Positions 30,816-39,046 of a DNA stretch of 57,196 nt are shown piece by piece. This DNA comes from Acetobacteraceae bacterium. Lineage in GTDB: Bacteria > Pseudomonadota > Alphaproteobacteria > Acetobacterales > Acetobacteraceae. A program made the position numbers and the translations under genes. Positions within the stretch are counted from its first letter, which is position 1. Every line of letters begins with the position of its first letter. Location of the stretch: contig JANWXJ010000255.1 of assembly GCA_025055335.1 (NCBI GenBank), positions 1 through 57,196 on the forward strand. The letters run 5' to 3'. The notes beneath the pieces were generated by a model that worked only from the letters and a program-made list of their open reading frames with translations, was not told the origin of the DNA and ran no database searches.

Positions 30816-31840
30816 GCCGCCTCCTCCGCCGCCAGGAGCGGCAGCCCGGCGAGCAGGTTCTGCGGCTTCATGCGCACGCGCCTCGCCCCGTCCATCGCCA
30901 GCGCCAGATGCACGGGCAGCCCCCGCATGCGCGGCAGCACGCGCGAGGGATCGGCGAAGTCGAGCCGCGCGAGCCAGATCAGCCGCGCCAGACGCTCCTG
31001 CGCCACCTTCTTCCCCCGCCACAAATCGTTGGCGATCGCCGTCGCCTCCGCATCCAGCCCGACATGCCAGTGCCAGTTCTGGATCGTCTCGACCGGCGTG
31101 ACGGTCACCTCCTCCCCCAGCATGTGCTTGAGGAAGCGGGCGATGGCGGTGCCGAGGGCGATCTGCCCCGGGCTGTCCTTCACGATGTCGAGCGCGAAGT
31201 CGTGCGCGTCGGAGCGGCCGCGGTAGAGGTGGGCGTTGCCCTCGTTCAGCACATCGAGCTCCACCTCGCGCGGCGGGGCGCCCGCCTCCACCAGCAGCTG
31301 CCCGAGCGCGCCGAGGCCGCCGTCTTCCGCCCGCGCCTCGATCGTCTCCTCGTCGGCCAGAAGCAGGCTGCCCTGGTGGATGCCCACGCGCTGGGTGCGG
31401 AAGAACACCTCGCCCGCGCGCAGCACGAAGGGATCGCCTTCTCCGTCGAGGGCGGCGCGCATCACGAGATGCGTCAGCATCTGCAGGAAGATCGGCGGGA
31501 TCCCTGAAACCCCCTCGCGGAACAGCGCGGCATAGGCGGCCTCCAGGGTGGGGTGGCGCGCCACCCTGTCGCGGAAGGCAAGGAAATGCCGCCAGTTCTC
31601 CCGCGCCGCGGGATCAGCGAGCGCGGCCGGATCGGCCGGGGCGAGCGGATTCTCCATCAGCCGCGCATGCAGCGCGCGCTCGGCCTCGCAGGCCTCCTCG
31701 GGCGGCAGCAGCTCGGGCCGAGCAAGGAAGGCGCGCCAGAGATCGGGGGTTGGCACCACCCGCCCCGACTCGTCGCGGTCGCACAGCAGATGGCCGGAGG
31801 CGACCCAGAACTCGCTTGGCATCAGGGATGCGCCGCTCAT
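30812..31840 (-). CDS. DUF6352-like uncharacterised protein
   Basis: FWVASGH, RPELLPPEEACEAE, W.WHVGLDAEAT..NDLW, RMKPQNLL. Confidence 0.72.
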   Translation of the reverse strand: MSGASLMPSEFWVASGHLLCDRDESGRVVPTPDLWRAFLARPELLPPEEACEAERALHARLMENPLAPADPAALADPAARENWRHFLAFRDRVARHPTLEAAYAALFREGVSGIPPIFLQMLTHLVMRAALDGEGDPFVLRAGEVFFRTQRVGIHQGSLLLADEETIEARAEDGGLGALGQLLVEAGAPPREVELDVLNEGNAHLYRGRSDAHDFALDIVKDSPGQIALGTAIARFLKHMLGEEVTVTPVETIQNWHWHVGLDAEATAIANDLWRGKKVAQERLARLIWLARLDFADPSRVLPRMRGLPVHLALAMDGARRVRMKPQNLLAGLPLLAAEEAA

Positions 31841-32379
31841 CGCGGAAGCCTCGTGAGGTCGGGGCGTTCCACCGGCTCCTCCTCGCCCGCCACCTGCACG
31901 ATGCCGAACACCGGCAGGCGGCCGAAATCGTGGTGCGGCGTCTCGCGCCGGTGCAGCGTGCGGAAGCGCTCGCGCACCCGCCCCTCCTCCAGGCTGCGGG
32001 AAAGCGCCAGCACCGTCCCGGGCGGATGGCCTTCGCACAGGCTTTCGGCGAAGGCCACCTCCTCCTCGGCGGCGGGGCGGGCGGCGGCCTCGTCGGGCGC
32101 GCCATAGGCCGCGACGAGATGGGCGGCAAGCGAAGCCACCGCCGCCTCGCGCTCGGCGGCGGTGGCCTCCGCCACCTCGACGAGGGTGGACCAACCGAAG
32201 GAGGAGAGCCCGAGGAACCCCGCCCGGAACGCCTGCCGCCGCTTGCCCGGCATCGCCTCGGGCGATTCGTCCCAGAAGGCGAAACCGCCGGGCACGGCCC
32301 ATTCCCCGGGCTCGGCGGCGCGCTCGAACACGATGCTGTCCGACGGATCGAGCCGGATGGTGCGCGGCAGCAGCGGCAT
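31837..32379 (-). CDS. DUF6505-like uncharacterised protein
   Basis: RTIRLDPSD..FERAAEPGEWAVPGGFAF..GKRRQAFRAGFLGL. Confidence 0.75.
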   Translation of the reverse strand: MPLLPRTIRLDPSDSIVFERAAEPGEWAVPGGFAFWDESPEAMPGKRRQAFRAGFLGLSSFGWSTLVEVAEATAAEREAAVASLAAHLVAAYGAPDEAAARPAAEEEVAFAESLCEGHPPGTVLALSRSLEEGRVRERFRTLHRRETPHHDFGRLPVFGIVQVAGEEEPVERPDLTRLPR

Positions 32380-33077
32380 CAGGCGGAGTCCTTCAGGGGC
32401 ACGGTGCGGCGCGTGCCGCCCTCCTCCAGCACGAGGTCGAAGGTGACGGGATCGAGCCCCCGCCGCGCCTCGCCCATCCACGGCTCGCGCAGAAGGCGCG
32501 GCAGCACCCGCTCGGCCAGCCGCCTGTGCCCCCTCTCCTGCCAGTCCGACAGCACGGCCATCAGGTGCCGCGCCCAGGCGGCGACGATCTCGGCGGGCGG
32601 CACGTCGAACCCCTCGCCCTCGAGGGTGGTGCGCTCCGGCATCTCCCCCGGCTCGACGCCGCGCAGCACGGCGTAGCGGCACTCGAGGCCGAGCACGAGC
32701 CACTCCGGCACCGCATCCTCCGCGGCCCCCTCGGGCGAGACGAGCCTGAGCCGCCCGACCTCCCCCGCGTTCACGAGAAGCGTCGCCGGCCAGCGGATCT
32801 CGACCGGCAGCTCGGCCGGCCCGAGTGCGGCGAAGGCATCGGCCAGCGCCGCCGCACCGGCCAGCAGCACGGGGCGTGCGGCGCTGAGCGGCTGTTCCGG
32901 CTCCAGCACCACCGCGGCCTCGACGCGGGCAAGCGAGCGCACCCAGAACAGCGCCCCCGCCCCGGCGCGCGGCGCCTCGGCCACGGCGCGGGCCAGCGCG
33001 TCCTGGCCCTCGCGCAGCGCCTCCGGGCGGAACAGGGTGGGCAACGGGGGCAGCCCGTCATCCAGTCTGGTCGGCAT
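32379..33077 (-). CDS. Biotin/lipoate protein ligase-like protein (degenerate)
   Basis: AAVVLEPE, IRWPATLLVNAGEVG (cf. BirA KWPND..K), PEWLVLG; start at ATG 33077. Confidence 0.72.
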   Translation of the reverse strand: MPTRLDDGLPPLPTLFRPEALREGQDALARAVAEAPRAGAGALFWVRSLARVEAAVVLEPEQPLSAARPVLLAGAAALADAFAALGPAELPVEIRWPATLLVNAGEVGRLRLVSPEGAAEDAVPEWLVLGLECRYAVLRGVEPGEMPERTTLEGEGFDVPPAEIVAAWARHLMAVLSDWQERGHRRLAERVLPRLLREPWMGEARRGLDPVTFDLVLEEGGTRRTVPLKDSA

Positions 33078-33168
33078 CCTCGGTCCCGGCCCTTCCCCCC
33101 CGTTCGCCGCCCCCGCATATAGCGCGCGCCGCCGGGGTTGCAGAGGGATGACGGCGGCGGGGGGAGCC

Positions 33169-35226
33169 ATGGCCGAGCGACTGATCTTCGTCTGTTCCTG
33201 CGAGGACAGCATGGCCCCCGACGCCGCGGCGATCGGCAAGGCCTGCGGGGCGGAGGCGCGGGGGGCCGACCAGCTCTGCCGCCGCCAGCTCGACCGCTTC
33301 CTCGCCGCGCTGCAGGAGGCCCCGCCCGCGATCACCGTCGCCTGCCGCCAGGAAGCGCCCCTGTTCGCGCAGGAGGCCGAGGCGGCGGGATACGCGGGCG
33401 CCCTCTCCTTCGCCGACATCCGCGAATCGGCCGGCTGGTCGGACGAGAGCGCCAAGGCGGGCCCGAAGATGGCGGCGCTCGTGGCCGCCGCCGCCGTGCC
33501 GATGCCGCCCACCCCGCTGGTCAGCCTGGAAAGCAAGGGGGTGGCGCTGCTGCTCGGCCGCGACGGGGTGGTGCTCGCGGCGGCCGTGGCGCTGAAGGAC
33601 CGGCTCGACATCACCGTGCTGCTGACCGGCGCCGAGCCGGTCGCGCCGCTTCGGCGCGCCGAATACCCGGTGATGCGCGGGCGGGTCCGCGCCGCCACCG
33701 GCTGGCTCGGCGCCTTCGAGGCGGTGGTGGACGGTTTCGCCGCCCCCGCCCCCTCCTCGCGCGCGCAGTATGTGTGGGGCCCGGCCAAGGACGGGGCGAG
33801 AAGCCGCGCCGACCTGATCCTCGACCTGTCCGGCGGCGCGCCGCTGTTCCCGGCGCATGAACTCCGCCAGGGCTACCTCCGTGCCGACCCGGCCGACGCC
33901 GCCGCGGTGGAACGCGCGATCCGCGCCGCCGCCGACCTGACGGGCGTGTTCGACAAGCCGCGCTTCGTGCAGTTCGACGCCGGCCTCTGCGCCCATGCGC
34001 GCAACCGCAAGGTGGGCTGCAGCCGCTGCCTCGATCTCTGCCCGACCGGCGCCATCACCCCGCCCGACGGCAGGACGGTGAAGGACCATGTGCTGATCTC
34101 GGCCGAGATCTGCGCGGGCTGCGGCGCCTGCGCCGCCGTCTGCCCGACGGGGGCCGCCACCTACACCCTGCCGCCGGCCGAAGCCGTGCTGAAGCGCCTG
34201 CGCGCCCTGCTGCTCACCTACCGCGAGGCCGGCGGGCGCGACCCCGTGCTGCTGCTGCACGACCAGCGGCACGGCGAGGCGCTGATCGACGCGCTCGCCC
34301 GCCATGGCGACGGCCTGCCCGCCCGCGCGCTGCCCTTCGCGCTGAACGAGGTGACGCAGGCCGACCTGTCGCTGTTCGCCGCCGCCTTCGCCTATGGCGC
34401 CTCGGCGGTGCGGGTGCTCGGCCGCGGGCGCCGCGCCGAGGGGTGGGAGGGGGTGGCGCGCAACATGGAGATCGCGAACGCGGTTCTCGCCGGCCTCGGG
34501 CTTGCGGGGCCGGCGCCGCACACAGCCGCGATCGAGACGGAGGATCCCTTCACCCTCGGCGAGGCGCTGCGGGCCATCCCCGCCATGCCGTTGGCCTTCG
34601 CGCCCGCCACCTTCCTGCCGCTGGGCCGCCCGCGCGAGATGACGCTCGCCGCCTTCCGCGCGCTGCGCGAGGCGGCGCGCGCCCCGGCCGCCGCCATCGC
34701 CCTGCCCGAGAAGGCCCCCTTCGGCCGCGCGCGGGTGGACACGGAAGGCTGCACGCTTTGCCTCTCCTGCACGATGGTCTGCCCGACGGGCGCCTTCGCC
34801 GCCAACCCCGACCGGCCGCAACTGTCGTTCCTCGAGGATGCCTGCGTGCAGTGCGGCCTCTGCGCAGTCACCTGCCCGGAGAAGGTGATCACGCTGGAGC
34901 CGCGCCTCAATCTCGCGCCAGAGGCGTCGCAGCGTGCCGTGGTGAAGGAGGAGGAGCCCTGGTGCTGCCCGCGCTGCGGCAAGGCCTTCGGGATGAAATC
35001 CTCGATCGAGCGGGTGAAGGCGAAGCTGACGGCCAGCGGCCACTGGATGTTCGCCGACCCGAAGCGCCTTGCCGTGCTCGAGCTCTGCGAGGATTGCCGG
35101 GTGGTGGAGGCGACGGTGGGCGGGATAGACCCCTTCGCCGGCCCGCCCCGCCCGCTGGTGAAGACGACGGAGGACTACCTGCGCGAGGCCGAGCGGGCGA
35201 AGCGGCGGGAAGAGGGCGGCGGCTGA
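33169..35226 (+). CDS. Multi-[4Fe-4S] protein (HdrA/MvhD-like architecture)
   Basis: N-terminal CSC..LC..AC..IRE..GW; four CxxC..CP ferredoxin motifs; C-terminal CPRC..CEDC; SD GGGAG. Confidence 0.88.
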   Translation: MAERLIFVCSCEDSMAPDAAAIGKACGAEARGADQLCRRQLDRFLAALQEAPPAITVACRQEAPLFAQEAEAAGYAGALSFADIRESAGWSDESAKAGPKMAALVAAAAVPMPPTPLVSLESKGVALLLGRDGVVLAAAVALKDRLDITVLLTGAEPVAPLRRAEYPVMRGRVRAATGWLGAFEAVVDGFAAPAPSSRAQYVWGPAKDGARSRADLILDLSGGAPLFPAHELRQGYLRADPADAAAVERAIRAAADLTGVFDKPRFVQFDAGLCAHARNRKVGCSRCLDLCPTGAITPPDGRTVKDHVLISAEICAGCGACAAVCPTGAATYTLPPAEAVLKRLRALLLTYREAGGRDPVLLLHDQRHGEALIDALARHGDGLPARALPFALNEVTQADLSLFAAAFAYGASAVRVLGRGRRAEGWEGVARNMEIANAVLAGLGLAGPAPHTAAIETEDPFTLGEALRAIPAMPLAFAPATFLPLGRPREMTLAAFRALREAARAPAAAIALPEKAPFGRARVDTEGCTLCLSCTMVCPTGAFAANPDRPQLSFLEDACVQCGLCAVTCPEKVITLEPRLNLAPEASQRAVVKEEEPWCCPRCGKAFGMKSSIERVKAKLTASGHWMFADPKRLAVLELCEDCRVVEATVGGIDPFAGPPRPLVKTTEDYLREAERAKRREEGGG

Positions 35227-36084
35227 GTGCGCGGCCGGCTCGACTGCGACACGCTGCTGCTGCGCGCCTTCGTGGCGGTGGCCGAGAGCGGCTCCTTCAC
35301 CCGCGCGGCCGAGCGGATCGGGCGCAGCCAGCCCGCCGTGACGCTGCAGATCAAGCGCCTCGAGGAGCTTCTCGGGCGGCCGCTGATCGCGCGCTCCTCC
35401 CGCCACGTCGCGCTCACGGCGGCGGGCGAGATCCTGCTGCCGGCGGCGCGCGCGGCGATCGCCGCGCTCGACCAGGCCGCGGGCCGCCTCGCCGGCGGCG
35501 AGATCGGGGGCGAACTCCGCTTCGGCAGCCCCGAGGATTTCGCCACCGCCTATCTGCCGGCCATCCTGGCCCGCTTCGTCGCCGCCCATCCCGGGGTGGT
35601 GCTGCGCACGAACTGCGAACTGACGCGGCCGCTGATCGAGGGGCTCTCGCGCGGCGCCTATGACCTTGTCGTGATCAAGCAGGCGCCGGGGCAGGCGGTG
35701 GCCGGGGCGCGCGAGATCCGACGCGAAACCCTCGTCTGGGCGGAAGCCGAGGGGTGGGGCCGCCCGCGCGCCGCGCCCCTCGATCTGGTGCTGTCGCCCG
35801 AACCCTGCGTGTACCGGGAACGCGCGATCGCCGCGCTGGACGCGGCCGGGATCCCCTGGCGCGTGGTCTACACCTCGCCCTCGCTCGCCGGCGCGGCGGC
35901 GGCGGTGCGCGCGGGCCTCGGCATCACCGTGCTGCCGCGGCGCATCCTGCCGGCAGGCCTCGTGCCGGCCGCCGATCCGGCGCTGCCGCCGCTTGCCGAC
36001 ACCGCGATCTGCCTCCTGCTCCGCCCCGGCGCGCCGGCCGCCGCCGAGGAACTCGCCGCCGAGATCGCCGCCGCCCTCGGCTGA
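35227..36084 (+). CDS. LysR family transcriptional regulator
   Basis: LRAFVAVAESGSFTRAAERIGRSQPAVTLQIKRLEE HTH plus effector domain; GTG start abuts the upstream stop. Confidence 0.93.
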   Translation: MRGRLDCDTLLLRAFVAVAESGSFTRAAERIGRSQPAVTLQIKRLEELLGRPLIARSSRHVALTAAGEILLPAARAAIAALDQAAGRLAGGEIGGELRFGSPEDFATAYLPAILARFVAAHPGVVLRTNCELTRPLIEGLSRGAYDLVVIKQAPGQAVAGAREIRRETLVWAEAEGWGRPRAAPLDLVLSPEPCVYRERAIAALDAAGIPWRVVYTSPSLAGAAAAVRAGLGITVLPRRILPAGLVPAADPALPPLADTAICLLLRPGAPAAAEELAAEIAAALG

Positions 36085-36201
36085 AAGGCGAAGCGGGCAC
36101 GGCCGCCCCGGCGCCCGACCGTCCCGCAGGGCAGGGACGGGCGCGGAAGCACGGCCGCAGCCTGTCCGACCGGGGGTGATCGCCTCGCCCCGGGAAGGGG
36201 C

Positions 36202-36220
36202 CCATTGGCCGCGCTTATGG
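36202..36220 (+). promoter_or_regulatory. Putative LysR box (T-N11-A dyad)
   Basis: CCAT-TGGCCGCGCTT-ATGG between the lysR gene and the sbtA-like gene. Confidence 0.5.
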
Positions 36221-36276
36221 CCGGAGCGGCGCTTTCTCATTTCCGCTCCGCCGCGGCCGCTGGCAGAGCGCCGGCG

Positions 36277-36315
36277 ATGACGCTCCGCCACGCCAGACGA
36301 CGACGCCGCGCCTGA
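36277..36315 (+). CDS. Putative leader peptide MTLRHARRRRRA
   Basis: ATG ACG CTC CGC CAC GCC AGA CGA CGA CGC CGC GCC TGA, 85 nt upstream of the sbtA-like start; no SD. Confidence 0.4.
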   Translation: MTLRHARRRRRA

Positions 36316-36400
36316 GCCGGAGGCGTCCCTCCACCCCTCCCCCGTCCCAACCACCCGATCGCCGATGCGGGCGCCCGGCCCGCCGGAAAGGAATGCCGCC

Positions 36401-37369
36401 GTGAACGGACTGGATCTGCTGATCACCAACCTGCTCTCGCCGATCGTGCTCGCCTTCCTGCTCGGCACGCTCGCAGGCTTCCTCCGGAGCGAGCTCGAGC
36501 TGCCCGAACCCGTGCTCAAGCTGATCTCGATCTACCTGTTGTTCTCGATCGGGCTGACGGGCGGGCGCGAGCTTGCCCATGCCGAAGGCGCAACCCTCGG
36601 GCCGCTGATCGGCGTGACCGTGCTGCTGACGGTGGCGCTGCCCGTCGTCACCTTCCTCGTGCTGCGCCGGCTCGGGGGCTTCGATGCGGCGAACGCCGCA
36701 GCGGTCGCGGCGCATTACGGCTCGGTCTCCTCCGTCACCTTCTTCGCCGCCCTCGCCTTCGCGCGCAGCGTGGAGGCGGCGCCGCAGGCGCCGATGGCGG
36801 CCGTGGTCGCCATCATGGAATGGGCGGTGATCATCTCGCTGCTGCTCGCCCGGCTCTCGATGGGGAAGGGCAACGGCAGGGGCCTGCAGGCGGTGCTGAT
36901 GGACACGCTGCGCGGGCGGGGCATCCTGCTGCTGACGGGGGGGATGCTGATCGGCGCGCTCGCCACCGACTCGCAGTGGCGGCAGATCGCGCCGTTCTAC
37001 GAGGGGCTGTTCCGCGGGATGCTCATGCTGTTCCTGCTCGAGATGGGCATGACGGCGGCGCGCCAGGTGCGGGACTTCGCCAAGGTTGGCGTGTTCCTCA
37101 CCGGCTTCGCGGTGGCCGCACCGGTGTGCTTCGGGCTGGCCGGGCTGCTTGCCGGACACATGATCGGGCTCGACAAGGGCAGCGCCTTCGTGCTGGCCGC
37201 CGTCTGCGCCTCCTCCTCCTACATCGACGCGCCGGCGGCCTGCCGGGCGGCGCTGCCGGAGGCGAGCCCGGGGATCTACCTCACGGCCTCGCTCGGCATC
37301 ACCTTCCCGTTCAACCTGCTGGCCGGCCTGCCGCTCTACTGGGCGGCGGCGGGGTGGCTGTACGGCTGA
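36401..37369 (+). CDS. Sodium-dependent bicarbonate transport family permease (SbtA-like)
   Basis: NLLSP..SELELPE..SIYLLFSIG, AAHYGSVS.VTF, FLLEMG, ASSSYIDAPAA, LGITFPFN; GTG start with AAGGA SD. Confidence 0.88.
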   Translation: MNGLDLLITNLLSPIVLAFLLGTLAGFLRSELELPEPVLKLISIYLLFSIGLTGGRELAHAEGATLGPLIGVTVLLTVALPVVTFLVLRRLGGFDAANAAAVAAHYGSVSSVTFFAALAFARSVEAAPQAPMAAVVAIMEWAVIISLLLARLSMGKGNGRGLQAVLMDTLRGRGILLLTGGMLIGALATDSQWRQIAPFYEGLFRGMLMLFLLEMGMTAARQVRDFAKVGVFLTGFAVAAPVCFGLAGLLAGHMIGLDKGSAFVLAAVCASSSYIDAPAACRAALPEASPGIYLTASLGITFPFNLLAGLPLYWAAAGWLYG

Positions 37370-37383
37370 GCGCGGGCCGACGC

Positions 37384-38052
37384 TCAGGCGGCGACGGCCA
37401 GCGCCGCTTTCGCCGCCTCCCACCGAGCCGCCCGCTCCTCGATCCCGCGCCCGGCGGGATCGAGCACATAGGCGATGCGGTCGAAATCGGCGCGGGTGCC
37501 GGAATCGGCCAACTCGTTCAGCCGCCGCCAGGCCCAGAGCCAGGCGGCCGCCTCGGCGGCCACCTCGGGCTCCGCCGCCAGCTCCGGCCGGGCGATCAGG
37601 TCCACCCCGATGTTGCGCGAGGCGAGGGCGTAGGCGTCGCGCCCCTCGAGCGGCAGCAGGCCGCGGCGGCGGAAGCGCCAGCCGTCATCCGAAGGCCAGG
37701 AGGCGTTGCCGAGCCGCCCGCCGAACAGCACCGAGGCGATCTGCCGCCGGTCGGCCCCGCCGAGGGCGGCGGCCAGCGCTTCGGCCTTCGCCTCGGGCGA
37801 GGCGCCGCCCATGAAGGGCGAGGCGGCGAGGGCCGGGCGGCAGCAGCCGAGGATCTCGGCCGTGTCGGTCCAGGCGAAATCCTCCTCGAAGCGGGTGAAG
37901 CCCGCCGTCTCGAAGGCGCATTGCGCGAGGAAGGCCGCCTGCCGCGCCGGCGTGTCCACGCCCCAGCGAGCCCAGGCGTCCTGCAGCGGCCCGAACAGCG
38001 GCACGGCGCCTTCCGCACCGCCGGTCGCCGCGCGAAACGTCGCGAGATCCAT
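37384..38052 (-). CDS. Divergent glycoside hydrolase family 19 (chitinase/endolysin-like) protein
   Basis: RQAAFLAQCAFETAGF..EE, LGN..DGWRFRRRGLLPLEGRDAY, PEL..AAW.W. Confidence 0.7.
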   Translation of the reverse strand: MDLATFRAATGGAEGAVPLFGPLQDAWARWGVDTPARQAAFLAQCAFETAGFTRFEEDFAWTDTAEILGCCRPALAASPFMGGASPEAKAEALAAALGGADRRQIASVLFGGRLGNASWPSDDGWRFRRRGLLPLEGRDAYALASRNIGVDLIARPELAAEPEVAAEAAAWLWAWRRLNELADSGTRADFDRIAYVLDPAGRGIEERAARWEAAKAALAVAA

Positions 38053-38167
38053 GTGCTTGCCGCTCCCTGCCGACCGGGGGGGGGCGCCGACTCGACGCCC
38101 CGCCCGCCGCAGCGTGGCAGGATTCAGGCGGCCCGCGCTACCGCGCGGCGGCGCGGCCGCCGGGTGG

Positions 38168-38875
38168 TCAGGCCGCCGCCTCCACCAGCACCACCTCGGC
38201 GTCCTCGGTGGCCGTCACGGTCAGCCGTTCCTCGTCGCGCACGGCCACCCCGTCGCGGGCGCCAGCGGCAATGCCGTTCACCGTGATCCGCCCCCTGGCG
38301 GGCACGAGGTAAGCGACCCGGCCCGGCGCCAGCGCAAGCGCCGCGCTCTGCCCGGGCTTCAGCGCCGCAGCCATCACCGCCGCATCGGCGTTGATCGGCA
38401 GCGCGCCCGAGCCGGCATCGGCCGCACGGCCCGAGGCCAGCACCTCGAACGCGCCGTCGCGGTTCTCCTTCGGGAAGCGCTTCGTGCCCCAGTTCGGCCT
38501 GGCGCCGCGCAGGTCGGGGATGATCCAGATCTGGAAGATCCGCGTCGGCACCGTCTCGAGGTTGTATTCGCTGTGGATCACGCCGGTCCCGGCGCTCATG
38601 ATCTGCACGTCGCCCGCCTCGGTGCGGCCCTCGTTGCCCATGCTGTCGCGGTGGGTGATGGCCCCCTCGCGGACATAGGTGATGATCTCCATGTCGCGGT
38701 GCGGGTGCGGGTCGAAGCCGGCGCCGGGGGCGATCTCGTCGTCGTTCCAGACGCGCAGCGCTCCCCAGTGGACGCGCCTCGGATCGTGGTAGGAGGCGAA
38801 GGAGAAGTGGTGCCGCGCCTTGAGCCAGCCGTGGTCGGCGCCGCCCAGGCTCGAGAAGGGGCGAAGCTCGATCAT
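38168..38875 (-). CDS. Pirin family protein
   Basis: HHFSFA, GALRVWNDD, HPHRDMEI, HRDSMG, MSAGTGVIHSE, QIW. Confidence 0.93.
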   Translation of the reverse strand: MIELRPFSSLGGADHGWLKARHHFSFASYHDPRRVHWGALRVWNDDEIAPGAGFDPHPHRDMEIITYVREGAITHRDSMGNEGRTEAGDVQIMSAGTGVIHSEYNLETVPTRIFQIWIIPDLRGARPNWGTKRFPKENRDGAFEVLASGRAADAGSGALPINADAAVMAAALKPGQSAALALAPGRVAYLVPARGRITVNGIAAGARDGVAVRDEERLTVTATEDAEVVLVEAAA

Positions 38876-39046
38876 GTCGGGATCCTCCATCCGGCCGGCG
38901 CTGGGCCGGCCGCCTTGTCCGGCGGCGGAGGTGGGGATCGCCGGGCGCCGCGGAACCCCGCTTCGGGCGATGACGGCGATCGGCGCCGGTGATGACGCGC
39001 CGGGCCGAGGGCGCCGCCGGCGGGCCGGGCGGGGCCGCCGCCCGCG

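Noticed and set aside
36222..36250. Inverted repeat CGGAGCGG/CCGCTCCG as a terminator or riboswitch
   Set aside because: No U-tract or recognisable aptamer; it overlaps the proposed promoter and may be a chance GC-rich match.
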